Source of the DNA: Lama guanicoe
Lineage: Eukaryota
Reading direction: 5' to 3'
DNA: 64,000 nt
NCBI GenBank assembly: GCA_013239625.1
Contig: MU054212.1
Coordinates: forward strand, 8,065,412 to 8,129,411
Shown: positions 39,283 to 52,560 of the stretch, in pieces
Position numbering within the stretch: position 1 is the first letter of the stretch
How the letters are laid out: each line of letters opens with the position of its first letter
The notes under the pieces: generated by a model
What the model saw: the letters and a program-made list of their open reading frames with translations, nothing else
Told to the model about the DNA's origin: nothing
The model's database searches: none
Program-made: the position numbers and the translations under genes

Positions 39283-39411
39283 GGAGGGGAGGTGTAGCTC
39301 AATGTTAGAGCACATGCTTAGCATGCACAAGGTCCTGGGTTCAATCCTCTGTACCCCCAACAAATAAATAAACCTAATTACCTCCCCCTCCAAAAAGAAA
39401 AAAAAGCAGCG
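39283..39411 (+). mobile_element. tRNA-Ala-like SINE (vic-1-like) with perfect 17-bp TSD
   Basis: A box TAGCTCAATGTTAGAG, B box GGTTCAATCC and an A-rich tail. AAGTTCAACCTCAGGTG at 39266-39282 and 39412-39428. Confidence 0.93.
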
Positions 39412-39459
39412 AAGTTCAACCTCAGGTGATTCCAATGATGCCTCCCCAGTCAGGTGAGA

Positions 39460-39595
39460 TCGCAGGACCTGTAGCACCAGCATCACCTGGACTGCTTTAA
39501 AATGCAGGCTCCTCCCAGACCTTCTAAGTCAGAATCTTCACTTTAACAAGATCCGTAGGTGATTCACATACACATTAAAGTTTGAGAAGCCCTGA
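39460..39595. mobile_element. MER5A-like hAT relic
   Basis: CAGCATCACCTGG...CAGAATCTTCACTTTAACAAGATCC..AGGTGATTC...AAAGTTTGAGAAGC. Confidence 0.75.
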
Positions 39596-40729
39596 TAAGT
39601 TTAATACCATGTTGAAATAATCCTTAACAAGCCGTGTCTTTTAACACATCAGAAGAGATAGTTTCTTTTGATCAAATGTCTTCAAGATGTACAACTATTG
39701 TATTTCTGTTTTATTCATATGAAAATTCCAAATGACCATTTCTAACATGGTTTTATGAAGAGCATGTGTCACAAAATAAGACAAATGTTTAGAAAAGACT
39801 TCCATTAGAGCTAATAAAACAGCCTGTTAAAACACTCTGGGTTGTCCTTGACTAACCTTTAAATTAGGTGGCAGATACTTCCTGGCCCTCAAATCATCAG
39901 TAATTTTTTTTTTGGTTTTTTTAAAACTTCATATATTGTAACTTACATAAGAATATTTGTATCCAACAGCACACATTCCTATGTCTGTAATCCTAGGTGC
40001 TTCTAAAACTGAACAAAGGACATGCAGTTTGGACCTATGGCAAATTCCAAACCACTTTTATAATTCAATTAAAAAAAAAAAAGACACAAGGTTTTTTTTC
40101 CTGCCAGAATACTACACAATTCCTTCTGCATTTTCCTCCCCTAGGAAAAGTTTACTGATAGGTTATAAAAACATGCTTCAATGTTTTAAATTAACTGTTA
40201 AATAAAATATTATTCCTTCGAAAATACACGTTTTTATGTAGCCATCATCACCACGTCATGAGATAATTGTTGTAATCGGTTATTAATCAGCTTTGTAGCT
40301 TAACCAATCACATCATCCCAGATTGGAAGAAGCTGTGTGGTCATTGTGTGAACGGCACCCCAGTACAGAATCCTAATGCCAGCACATGGAGGAGACACTC
40401 ATTTGGTTTTTGTTGTTGTTGTTTTAGTAAATACAACATAAATTCATTAGCGAAAAGGTGAGGCAAAGGCGCAAGAGGAAGCACTCCTGATCTTACCACC
40501 TTCGTGTAGTTATTACAGATCTGTTTTAATGTTTGTGTAAAGCTCTTATTGTCTGTATTCACATTCAGCAATATTTCACATAAATTTTCCTTAGCATGTT
40601 GAAGGTTGTTTCCCAAATTAACTGTTTCTAGCTTCGGTGCCTCTGCATGTTCTCTTGCCTGCGATGTCTTTCCTGGGTTAATTCACGCTCAACCTTTGTC
40701 TAGTCACAGGTGTTAATTCTTCTTAGGTC

Positions 40730-40882
40730 CTCGTTACTCCAAGTGTGTGGCCCAGACCAGTGGAGCATCTTACAAATGCCCAAGCTCGGGCTCCACCCCA
40801 GACATTCTCAATCAGAATCTGTACGTTAATAAGATCCACAGGTGTCCATTGTTAGGGGCTGACATTTGAGAAACATTGTTCT
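40730..40882. mobile_element. MER5A-like hAT relic
   Basis: AAGTGTGTGGCCCAGACCAG...GGGCTCCACCCCAGAC...AATCAGAATCTG...TTTGAGAAACATTG. Confidence 0.7.
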
Positions 40883-43800
40883 GGAAAGTCTTTCCCAACC
40901 TCCTAACCATGGCTTCCCACCACCCCTCACTGGCCCAACCACCCAGGATTGGTTAGGTGGCTCCTGGTGGTTGCCCTTTAACTCCCCCACGTGGGCCGCC
41001 CCAGCACATAAATTGGTTGGAGGTAGTGATGGAGTCGTAGTCATCGCTGCATCCTCAGGTCCTGGTGCAGCCCTTGACATGCAGGCATTTTACAAGTGGA
41101 ATTGTTTCATCATTTGCCAACACCGGCGCTTTATAGATGAAGAAATGCAGAAGAAAGCTTTTTTTCCTGCTGGGAAATGGGGTACTCAGGTAGGGCCCCC
41201 TTGGTCACTGGCCTGCAGTTGGAGAGTTCCCCTTTGTCCTTGTGATGGAAAACTGATGGGGTGGGGGTGGGGGTTCTCTAGCTGCAAATAATTTCTGAGA
41301 GTCCACTGCTGGAGCTTTCTCTCTTTTGCTTAAAATATTACTGTCTGTTAAACACCAGCTTCTCTGAGAGGCACCGCACTCTACACTTGGGGTGAAGGTG
41401 GAGCAGCTGGCAGATTTGGGGAAGTGTTTAGGGAGAAGCAGAGATGATGGTTATCTGACAGGAAAAGGTAGAGTATCTAGTATCAAACACTGGTAGGTGG
41501 CAGAAAAGATAATACTGGAAGACTGCAAAACAACCTCTAATCCTGACAAATGTTACAATATTTCTGTCTTAAATCACACCACTGGTCACTTTTCCACTTA
41601 AAAAAAATCACACTTTTTATCTATAAAATCTCAGGATGGGACTCGTCTCCCCTGTCCTGCATTTCTTCTGTGACAAATTTCACCTACCCCTTACATTCAG
41701 AGCAAAACTGATACCCTGGGTTGTTTTTTTTTTTCAGATGTTTGTTTTTAAACGGCAGACAAAATGCAGGTACATCTAAACTAACGTTTCTCAACATTAA
41801 AACTAGGCAACTCCTGAACCGCGGGGAGCTTTCACTGTATTCATGAACCACTAAGTCTCTGCTTGTGGAAGGAATGTTTTGTGAGCTTGGGGATGGACCA
41901 TCTGATGGAGGGAGGCTCAGCCCCGGGGGCTGCTGTTTTGAAGTAGCAGGAGACTGCTGAGGGCTTTGGAATCAAATTGGATCCAGAAACAAGAAACTTC
42001 TGTCCTGCAGGGCTATTGTCTTATTTGAAAGGAACAAGAGGCTCCTGGTACTGCTTACCAACAGCTCCTACAATTAGCCACACAGACCACAAGGAACAGA
42101 ATTATATTCAAGCATGGGTCGCTTCCCCTCCACCCCCATCCCAACCCCTTGGGAACTTACCCCTGTACTTAACCCATCACCACCATGGACACCAACTCCT
42201 GTCGAATTATGAATCTAACAGTTTTCTCTGTTGTGGAAGAATGTACCAGGTTGTCTTTCGGTCCTAACCTGCTTATCTGAATGTCTGATACTATTCTTGG
42301 TAATTTGCCCACACTTGGGAACTTGGGTGGGGTTTGTAAGTCATCTGACACCTCCAGAGTGTACCTCGTTGAGCAATCGGACGCAGGTGAGCCCTGCAGG
42401 CTGGGTAGGACAATTCATGTGTTCTATACACTGTAACATCAAGCCTGAGTCCATTTGAGTCATACTTTCCTGTGGGGTTTGTGGCCCATCCCAGTGGAAA
42501 GAGGTTTTTAACAATATACTCTTGTTGAGGCTTAGTGGTATTTCAAGGGTTGCTCCTGGGATCTGAAAGCCGTGTGCATTTTTTGTTTTTCACATTTTGG
42601 GGGTTTGTTTTAAAAAATGTTAAGTAACCTTGTTGCTAACCTTGGACTTTGTTCCTGTGTGAATAATTTTGTATGAAATACGCTGAGGGGTTTTTCCACC
42701 TCGATTTGTCTATCTGAAAAACTATGCCAATGTTGGTTACTTAATGATCATGAGGATAGGTTCTAGAGATTAAAAAATTAAAAGAGCAAGTTGAAATTAT
42801 TCCAGATAGGAAGAACTAGGAAGACGATACTCAAAGAAGCAGCAGCAACGTCTACCAAAATGTTCAAAAGAAAAGTAAACATGAGTTAAGGCAAAAAATG
42901 GTTGTCTGTAATTAACCTCCTTATTCAAACAATGATCTTCTCTTAAAAGCTTTGCAAGTTACATACAGCATCATCCTTGTTTTTATTAACAATAAGTCAG
43001 TTTAAACTGATTGTCAAGGGACCTGGTTCTTCTCCCAGAAAGAGCAAATCCAAAAGAGCTCAATTCACCTGTGGCCCCTGAGCTCATCAGTAAAGAGGGT
43101 GTCTTATCTTTAACCTGCGCTTTTCCCACAAGAGATCCCAGTGCTCTGAAAGGTGGTTGTTAATCCATCTTTCTTAGAATAAAATAAAGTAGAAAATGCC
43201 CTGAGAACTGCATTTTTCCCCCCTCTGGAGAAGCCACACATCTTTCAAAACATGAAGAAAATATAGTTTTGACAGCCCACCAGTACCTTGAATTATTTAA
43301 ATTGTAATAGGCAGAAGTAGTGATAAGATTCAGACTTCCACTGAACATACGGAGAATGCCATCGCAGCCTGTCAAACTACGAACGCAGTGGGATTTCTAG
43401 CAGAGCAGACACATTTTAAAAAGCATCCTCTCAGAGAACTTCACACGCTCACATTTCCCCGAGCACGCGGTGGTTGGCACTGGGTCCCTCTGTCCAGCGA
43501 TCAGCCTGCCCTGAGATAAAGAGACACTGTGTATCACATCCTGTTAAGGGAAGATGTGGGGGGAAAGCAGAACTACTGACCCAGTCTAGCAATGAGCTGT
43601 ATTGTGCTGCCCCCAAAATACAGGCAGAGACAGCAAGGCCTGCGTCCCATGGTACAGAGCTGCTCCCTTCTATAAAACTGCAGTTGACTGCTAGTGACTG
43701 CCGCTTGGATCTTACGGCCCCGGTACCATCTTTAATGCCAGGTGGTGCTTGAGGAGGGGTTTATGAGGAACAGAGCCCTCCCTTGCACTCTGGGCCCTGG

Positions 43801-43964
43801 AGACACGGCCCTGGGGTACCTTCCTACTCGTGATGGGAACAGACGTAGCAGGCGTGTTCCGCCGTCTTGAAGGTCTGTTATCATCCGTGTGCTCTGATGG
43901 AGGGGGTCTCAGAGTGTACACAACTCTGTGTGTGCTTTTCATCGTGCCAAATAGGATCATAGTG

Positions 43965-44316
43965 CAGCTGACCCTTGAACAACATGGGTTTGAGCCACAC
44001 GGGTCCACTTATATTCAGATATTTTTCTTTTTTCTAAATTTTATTTTATTTATCAATTTGGGGGTGGTAATCAGGTTTAATTATTTATTTTTAGAGGAGG
44101 TACTAGGGATTGAACCCAGGACCTTGTGCATGCTAAGCATATGCTCTACCTCTTGAGCTATACCCTCCCCGCAACCAGATACTTTTCAGTAGTAAACACC
44201 ACAGTGCTACATGGTCCCTGGTTGGTGGAATCCTCAGATGCAGAGAAACCTTGACTACCGAGGGCTGACTATAGATCATACTTGGATTAACCCCCACCTT
44301 GTTCAAGGGTCAGCTG
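43965..44316. mobile_element. Tigger2a-like non-autonomous TcMar element with intact TIRs
   Basis: Perfect 18-bp inverted ends CAGCTGACCCTTGAACAA (43965-43982) and TTGTTCAAGGGTCAGCTG (44299-44316). Confidence 0.88.
44028..44172 (-). mobile_element. tRNA-Ala-like SINE (vic-1-like) nested in Tigger2a-like element
   Basis: Reverse strand reads GGGGAGGGTATAGCTCAAGAGGTAGAGCATATGCTTAGCATGCACAAGGTCCTGGGTTCAATCCC. TSD CAGATA(T/C)TTTTC at 44016-44027 and 44176-44187. Confidence 0.93.
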
Positions 44317-44975
44317 GATTTTTAGAGCCACAGGCAGCCTTGGACACATCTCATTTAATCCCATTATGTTTTTAAATGAAAAACAGAGGCCGGGAGACTT
44401 TCCCTGCTAAATATTTAGTAATTTCAGAGTCTTGAAGGTTTTTGTTTTCAGCTTATTGTTTGTTTTTGACGATTTTTGGTGGGTCATCTGAGCATCTCCC
44501 TGGTTCTCAAGCACATGGTGCTTGTGGGTCCTCAGCTAACAGCTCAGCATTCGCTGTCCCTGTGGGGAACAGAAGGGAAGGATTTTGGGGGGTGGGGTGG
44601 AACAAGAAGGCAGAAAAACCAGCGTCTCTAGGATCCAGAAGACTTGAAATCAGACCATTAAACACTGCATTAAATGAAGTGATATCTACAAAGCATGAAA
44701 TCCCTACCAATGTCTTACAGGCTAGGGTTCTCCATAAAGCTAACAGGAAAAGTTCCACTTGTGGTCAAAAGATAAAGTCTTAGTTTTTGCTTTGTTTTCC
44801 TTTGGCTGGCAACCTTAGAGAGATGGTGGTCAAAATGTGGGGTTTGCTGAGGTCACAGACCACAGCAAAAAAAAAAAAAAAGCAGCAAAATAGGCTTCAG
44901 AAGGACCGGTGAGGGTCCTGCTCCAAAGATTCTTTGGGGTCCCTTTCATCAAGGCCACATCTACAAGGTCCCCTT

Positions 44976-45126
44976 TATTTTCTGAAGTGCAGCTGATTTA
45001 CAATGTTAATTTCTGATGTTCCGCGTAATGATTTGGTTATATACTTATACGTATCCCTTTTCATAGTCTGTTTCATTTTAAGCAATTACAAGGTACTGAA
45101 TACAGTTCCCTGTGCTATACGGTAGG
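44976..45126 (-). mobile_element. Short L1 3' end
   Basis: TGAAGTGCAGCTGATTTACAATGTT...AGTTCCCTGTGCTATACGGTAGG, with a degenerate TSD ACAAGG(T/A)CCC on both sides. Confidence 0.8.
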
Positions 45127-46419
45127 ACAAGGACCCTTGGGACAGGCATTCTGTCCTGTTCTGTTTAAGCTATTGGCTTTCCCTAGAGTTGACTTTATTT
45201 TCGTATTTCCTGACCCTCTAGTTAATATCACACCCAGTTGACAAGGGAGATGTGTTCAAATTCAATTACTTAACGGTGATGATGATAAAGTGTTTTCCAT
45301 CTACCTAGAAATTTAGTTGCTAAAGAGTTTTTATACGTGGCAACACTCTAAGTGGATCTTTACAGAAAATCATAGACCTTTACAGAAAACCATAAAAACG
45401 AGGGCCCGGAGTCTAAATGGCCTGCCCAAAGTCACGTAATTGGAAAAACATCAAGCCTCAGGGACTTACTCCAGGTCCAATACACTCTTTACCAGGCAGG
45501 TTTACAAGTGGTGGTTGGATTCGACGAGTAATCCTCACAGGTCCCTTTAACCCTAAAGATACTGAATTATAACATAGACCTTAACCTCTGACCACTTCGT
45601 GTTTCCCATGGAAAGATGCATGGAGTTTCCAAACATCGGTCGACGATGCATCTTTGGTACACAGCTGCCCGTAGTGAGGGCTCCCGATACTCGGGCCTTT
45701 CTCTCCGTTTGACAGTGCAAGTGTGGCTGGTAAGGCCGTGATGATTTGTCCGGCAGCGTTGTTAGAAAGTGCTGGTGATCTCAAAGCTCTCTTTGAACCT
45801 GACACTTTTAGGCAGAACGATGGCCCAAGGACACTGTGGAGTTGTGGAGCTATTTCGTGTTTGCGAAGTTAAGCTTTTAGCTCGTTTGCTTTGGAACAGA
45901 GTTTGGCAGGTCGTCCAAGCATCACCCTGACTCAGGCACACTGGATGTGTGCGTGGCAGCATCAGCTGAATCGATTGTCTACACAAGGGAAAAACAACAG
46001 GGGCCTCACTGAGGGTGCTCATGGAGCAAGATTCAGAACCAGCCATTCAGGTCTGCAGAGAATAATAAATGTTTAATATCACACTCCAATGCATGTGCAC
46101 AGATTAGTTATTCAGTTAAGTACATACCATCCTGGAAAGTAGAGAACCTTCTCTAAGAACCTAAAACTCTGGATGAATACATGACCACTGGGAGATTAGG
46201 GATGTGAAGGGAGAGAAGCAATTTTTAAAAATGATGTGCACCTAGGGTGGACTTCACTTCTTTAATTTTGCTTTGGTCTGTCCTTGACAGCAAGATCTGA
46301 GCTATAAATTAGTTTGTTGCAATTGAGACCATCTGAGCAAGTGGCCCATCTGACCAAGCACAGGTTAGATTACCACCCAGCAGGTCGCGGGAAGAGCTCT
46401 GGAATGGAGAGACCATATG

Positions 46420-46570
46420 CCTTGCAGCTCAAGGTGTGGTCCCCAGACCAGCAGCAGCAGCAGCATCCCCCAGAAGTTTTTAGAAAAGTAGACTCTTGGA
46501 CCCCACCCACGATCTAGTGATAAATAATCTGGATTTTAACAAGATTCTCAGGTGGCACTTGAAAAATGTA
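46420..46570. mobile_element. MER5A-like relic
   Basis: CTCAAGGTGTGGTCCCCAGACCAGCAGC...TTTTAACAAGATTCTCAGGTG. Confidence 0.7.
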
Positions 46571-46759
46571 AAATGGCCTTCAAACTCTACACGATCTCCA
46601 AGAGGGCAGCAGTCATGTATTTTCCCTTCTGTTCCCCTCTCCCTGTCAGTATCACTGCAATTCGCCACCCCAGGGTATCATCATTACGTGTCTGTGAGCT
46701 CCTTGGTGGCTGCACTGTGTATTAGAGCCCCAGCACCTAGCGTGATGGCTGGGGAAAAA

Positions 46760-47310
46760 ACAGGTGTATAAGGTGGCACTCAGGAGCTCCAGCTCTGAAT
46801 CCAAAAAGCTGAGTTTGAATCCCAGCCCTGCCACAAGCCTCGGTTCATGTATCTATAATAAGAGAGGAATAAAAATAGCACCCCTCGTGGGGTTACTGGG
46901 AGTAAATGAGCTGATGCACATAACAAAGTTAGCCCATCACCTGATTCAGACCAGCTCCATGTCCGTAGGAACTGTTATGTGCTCAGTAAGTGTCAAGCAA
47001 GTGAATAGGCATTTCATATTTTTAAAAAAATCTTTACAATGTCAAAATTTGGTGCCCTGTTGCTTCAAATAGATGCAATTGAATTTTACAGTAGTATGCA
47101 AAGGAAGCCTGACATTAGAGAAGGAAAAAGTAGAATGGGTCAGAATGGAGCCATTGGAAAAGCACAGGATTCAGAAACAGAAGAGCAGAGTTTGGATCCC
47201 AGCTCTGTCCTTCACTAGCTGTGTGATCTCCTACAACACACAAGCTCCCTGAGCCTCAGTTTCTCCACCTGCAAAATGGGATTAATGATCTTTATTTCTT
47301 CAGGTTACAC
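46760..47310 (+). mobile_element. Two MIR copies (~46760-46990 and ~47150-47310)
   Basis: GAGTTTGAATCCCAGCCCTGCCAC; CCCAGCTCTGTCCTTCACTAGCTGTGTGATCT and CTGAGCCTCAGTTTCTCCACCTGCAAAATGGG (MIR core). Confidence 0.75.
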
Positions 47311-47839
47311 ACACACAAAAAAGGTTTGTAAGTGGCAAAGTAGGAGGGCAAGGTCTGCCTTCCTCATTTTTGTATCCCTGTGTCTCGGCACGGCCCTGGC
47401 ACCCAGGAGATGCTCCCTCCTGCATGTTTGCACAATTGGATTAGAGTGAAAATCTCACTGGAGATGAAATTTGGATATTAGAATGGTCTGTAGCCCTCTA
47501 AAGCTCAACCCTAACAAAATCCTATTCCTTAACATTGAACTTCTTGAAAGTAGACAGTGGTATGGCACAGGTAAAGTCTATAAAGGCCCCTTGTGGCCAG
47601 GGAGTGAAGGAGACCATAATGAAAAAACTCTGAATTAGAGGTTTGGCTCTGCAACTCAGTACCAGATGAGAGTTCCTAAGGAAAGACATAATCAAAGAAA
47701 AGCAGCTAGACAAAAGGCAAGCCCGGTGAAAGTCTGGAAGTAGAAGAATTACGATTTCAAGATCTAGGTGAGAAGAAACATGTGAAAGAATGTTGCAAAA
47801 TGAAGAGTGTAATTATGGAAAGAAAAGCCTTCAAGAAAT

Positions 47840-48158
47840 AAGTGGCCCTCTGTATCCACAGATGTGGAATTCGAATGTGTGGATACAGAGGGCCACTGTA
47901 CTAGGTCATTGTATGTGAGACTTGATGGGGCTTGGGGAGGTAGAGTGGTAGAGTGAGTGCTTACCCTGCACGAGGTCCTGGGTTCAATCCCCAGTACCTC
48001 CATTAAATAAATAAATAAACCTATTACTTCCCCTCGTCAAAAATTTAAAAAAAAATTTTTTAAAGGTTTTTTTAATTAAAAGAGACTTGAGCATCCATAG
48101 ATTTTGGTATCTGCAGGGGTCCTGGATCCATTCCCCCACGGATGCAGAAGGACAGCTG
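47840..48158. mobile_element. MER2/Tigger-family non-autonomous element interrupted by a SINE
   Basis: Ends GACTTGAGCATCCATAGATTTTGGTATCTGCAGGGGTCCTGG...GGACAGCTG|TA and starts TA|AGTGGCCCTCTGTATCC. Confidence 0.78.
47926..48081 (+). mobile_element. tRNA-Ala-like SINE (vic-1-like)
   Basis: AGTGGTAGAG...GAGGTCCTGGGTTCAATCCCCAGTACCTCCA and the same AATAAACCTA-T-TACT/CTCCCC tail as the 39.3 kb copy. TSD GAGACTTGA at 47917-47925 and 48082-48090. Confidence 0.9.
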
Positions 48159-50949
48159 TATTTTCAAGTTGGCTATCTTACCTAGATTTATTTTCTGTAA
48201 TAGATTGATTTTTTTTTCCCCACAAAGTTGTTTTATCCCTGATGAGCTTCTGCTCCGGAACTTCACTAGGTTATCTCCCAGGTGGGTGGAATTCAGCATG
48301 ATTTTCCCCATTAAGGGGTCTAGTTATTGGTACAGCCCCCTTAGCTCTGTAAGGCGGACCCCACGGGTTGGTGGTGTGGGTTGGTGTTACATCAGTATTC
48401 GAGGGTCCACAAGGCTCAAAGAGAAAAAGTACCCGCAGAGGCTAGGCAAACATTTCTGTGCATTTCAAGAAGCTCTGTCCACTGGCCAAGACTTCTAACA
48501 GACCTCATTAAAAACATTTTTTAAATAAGTAAATTTAAAAATAAAAAAGACTTGGGCAAAGCATTTTTAGGATGCCCGGTACGGAGGACTGCTGTGACAT
48601 CCTTCAAAAGATGGATAGTCATTATCCAACGTGTGCTGTGTGGAAATCTTTTCAAACTCTGTAACATTTCAACAGAGTCCATTAGAAGTCATGGTGAAAG
48701 GAACAGCAAACTAAAGACGGAACACATGGAAAGCAAGGTTTTAGTTCCCGCTGTGGCCTGAGCAATAAACGTGAACCCTGGACTCTAAGTGAACCTGACA
48801 CCATTCTCTGTGCTGCTTCCCTGCTTCATGAACGTTCTGCAACATTTCATTATCAATCACACTTGTGGGGAAAGGAGCCATTCTTCTAGTCCAACTGCTC
48901 TGTTCTCAAGAATATCTGATCGAAAATGGGTAAAAGGATAAGTGAAAATAATTATCAAAAATCTTTCACAGAATGATGCCTGTGGCATTTCCCAGAACTT
49001 TCCTCATGTCATTTTTTAAGTTTTCTTTTGTGTACTCAGCACTATGAATATTCTAGACTAGAAAGGTCAGTCTGTCTACTGCTATAGCCAGTAGCAGATG
49101 GACAGAGGATTCTAGAACAGAGGTTATGCTCAGTTTGTATGAAAAGAACTGAATTTTTATTTAATTATAGTTATCACTTTAATCTCTTGGAATTATCTTG
49201 TATTTTTATAGAAGCCCAAATCACATGCCCATAAGTTTATAACATCATTACCATTTTTAATATAGACCACCAAAATCCCTTTGTCAGCCAGCTATAATTT
49301 TTCAAAAGCCCTTTAAGTATACAATCTGGGTCATGTGTAGCCTGCTTCCCTTAAGGAGAAGAATGCGTTGTACCATTTTCAATACCCAAGATTCATTGTA
49401 ATTTGACTTTGGCTTGCCAGATAACCTCATTCGGGTTTGGTTTCCCTGGTGTGTGCTCAGCTCTCTGCTTCCCGGCAGGGATGCCTCTGGTTCCCTGGGG
49501 AGTTGAACTGGGCAGACTCTGGGCCTCCCTCTGATGCCCCTGGGAGGGCCCTGAGCCCAACCGGAGCCCACTGATGGAGACAGGGCTCTCTGGAAGGCTG
49601 ACGACTGAGTAGGACCGGTCTAAGAATTCATTGTCTGCGATCTTCTGTTGATGCTTACGAGCTGCTTTATTCCTGGAAAGCTGTGGTCCTCCCACACTAA
49701 AGGATGGGGTGCTTCAGGATCTCCAAGCAGCTACAGGGAGTTTGGAATTCACGATGCAGCTCATTGTGAAGACCCAAAGATAGCTTAGTCAAGTCCTGAG
49801 GGGCAAGCTGGGTTCAGGTCCCAGCGGTGTTCTCTTCTCAGAAAAGCCAGGCGCAGGTGGGGAACCAGGCATTGTCTCTTCCCCAAGAGATGTCTTCAAC
49901 CTGGAGTTGATCAGAAGTCTCACTGGCTGGTTACGTAGCATTGAAAAAAGAACTCTTACTTTCGGTGGCATGGTGGCATGACTGGAAATATCTTTACAAC
50001 CCTTTTTTCATTCTGGTGTATTTCTTAGGTGCCTGTGGTTTTACGGCCAGACAAGGGAGCAGTCTTTTGAGGGGGATTCTTGAGCTAGGACAGAACACCT
50101 GCTGTGCCCCACACATGGGATGCCAGAATTGTCAGTTTGTCCAAAGAAGGAGGATTTGAAATTTACAGAGGATGAGGGGAAACAAAATGTGCTTTGTTAA
50201 AGCGTTTGGCCATGTCGGGACTCTTATCCTAGCAGAGATATTTTGGTCTTTTCAAGTAAAACAAACCCAACAAGCAAGCGGGGAGGAGGCAGCTGGCTTA
50301 CGGCTGCTGGTTTGTGAGGGGCTGTCTAGGGCTCAGAATGAGAAAAGTAGACATCAATGGGGTCTCTCCGAAGGAGGAGGGAGAGTTAGCCAGCTCCTCT
50401 TCGTGGGGTGATGACGGTTTAGACCCTTATGTATTGTGTGGCCCAGGTTAGAATACAGAATCCCCGCCTTGTCATCAACAAACCACCGAGGATGAAATTC
50501 TATTCCTGTGCAAATAAGACGTGGGAATTTTGGAAATTCGTGGAGAGCATGAACTCGAAAGTCTGAGAGATCATTTTCAAGTTGCAGAGTCGATCAAACT
50601 GCTACTTAGATGTCATTTCTGGTTTTGAGCGTGTCTATTTGTTTCGATATTTTGAATTTTAAGTTTGGGAAGAGTAAGTGTAGGAGAGGGGATGAGAGCA
50701 GAGAAAATTCCAAGACAGGCAAGATCAGACAGAGAGGGCTGGCAGTGGGTCCTGAATGCTGAAATCGTGGGTGAGAGATGATTTTTCTTGGATCTGCACA
50801 TGATGGGGCAAATTCTTAACCCCATCTGGCCCACCGCCTTGGGGCTTTTGTTCTTCTCTGAAAAGGTAAAAAAGAAAGAAGAACAAAAGAAGGGGGGAGG
50901 TATCTTGCTCAATTTAAGTTGCAATCTAATCTCCTGACTTTGTTTAAAT

Positions 50950-52160
50950 TAAACTTTTTTTATTTTGAGATGGTTGTGTATTAGCATGTGGTTTTAAGAA
51001 GCTATACAGAGAGATCTCTGTATCCTCTACTCAGTTTCCTCCTCAGTGGCAAAATCTTGCAAATCTTCATACAAGGTCACAGCCAGGTTATTGACCTTGA
51101 TACATGTTCAAGATACACAACACTTGGGTCACTACAAGGGTATCTCATGTTGCCTTTTTGCACATCATACCTTCTTTCCTCCAGCCCTCACGCCCTCCTT
51201 AACCCCTAGCAACCATGAGTCCGTGCTTCCTTCCTGTGGTTTTCTAAGTTCAAGAATGTTAGATAAATGGACTCATATAGCACATAACCTACAGCCTGGC
51301 TTTTTTCACTCAGTGTAATTCTCTGAAGGTATCAATAGTTTGTTCATCTTGGGGGGACGAGTCGCATTCCCTGCGATGGATGCTTGTTTGGTTAGCCTTT
51401 AACCTGTCGAAGGACATCTGGGCTGTCTCCAGTTTGGGGCTACTGTGAATAAATCTGCTATAAACATAAGTTTCAAGTTTCCTGGAAAAATGTGAAGAGG
51501 ACAGTTGGCAGGTTGTATGGTACTTGCATGTTTCATGTTTGGTTTGGTTTGGTTTGGTTTTCAACAGTCAAGTATTTTCTAGAGTGGCTGAACCATTTTG
51601 CATTCTCTTAAGTGATATGTGAATGATCTAGTTTCTTCCCATCCTCATCAGAATTTCAGGTCATCACTACTTTTTAGTTTGGCCATTCTGGTGTCTAGTG
51701 ATATACCTCGTGATGGTTTTATTTTTCTCTTACCTACTGGCGACTGATGTTGCATAACATTTCATGTGCTCATTCACTGTCCGTCTGTCCTCCTCGGTTA
51801 AATAAATGTCTGTCAGTGTCTTTTGCCCATTTTCCAATTGTTTTTTTTTTTAGCTTGAGTTTTGAGAGTTCTTAATATATTTAAATACCAGTCCTTTGTC
51901 AGATACGTGGTTTGCAAGTGTTTTTCCTAGTATATACCTTATATTTATATCTGCTTCACAAGGACGACAGTTCTTAATTTTGATGAAGTCTGGTTTATCA
52001 GTTTTCCCTTGTATGGATTGCGTTTTTGATGTCAAGGCTAAAAGTTCTTTGGCAGACCATTGACCCCAAAGATTTTCTCCTATGTTTTAATTTTTTCTAA
52101 AAGATGCATAGTTCTACATTACACATTTACATAGTGATCCCTTTTGAGTTAATTTTTATC
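50950..52160 (-). mobile_element. Old L1 (L1MB/L1MC-type) ORF2 end and 3' UTR
   Basis: ORF track 51850..52035 (TDKPDFIKIKNC..LANHVSDKGLV) is decayed L1 ORF2; L1M 3' UTR motifs lie toward 50950. Confidence 0.88.
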
Positions 52161-52429
52161 ATAAAACATGAAACTCATAGACAATAACTGCTCTACCCAC
52201 AACAAACACCACAAGGAAAGAAAACACGTTTGCCTCACCTGGGGGGACCCCAGACCTCCACCCTCACAAGACGGTGCCTTACTGAGCATCTACTAAACCC
52301 CGAGAGTGGACCCAGAGCTCCCCGAGTGCTTCAAATCGATGGCAAAGACCTGGCTTCTAAGGTGCTGTCTTAGATAAAACAGCAGCAGATCCTGGAGCCC
52401 GTCCGTCTCAATTACAACTTGTCACTCTA

Positions 52430-52560
52430 GCTGCCAGATGTCGGGCAAACCACTCCACTGCTCTGAGCCTCAGTCTTTTCATTTGTAATAAGATGGTTTT
52501 GAGGATTATATTAGATAAAATATGTGAAACGACTTGTGCAGGGGTAGCCAATAAATGTCT
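52430..52560 (+). mobile_element. MIR
   Basis: CTCTGAGCCTCAGTCTTTTCATTTGTAAT...GAGGATTATATTAGATAA. Confidence 0.65.

Noticed and set aside
39283..39360. Possible tRNA-Ala genes (here and four similar copies)
   Set aside because: Degenerate stems, A-rich tails and target-site duplications identify them as SINEs.
45358..45394. Short direct repeats (also ~22655-22685 and ~24903-24940)
   Set aside because: Only two units each, consistent with local slippage duplications. Not CRISPR-like or an array.
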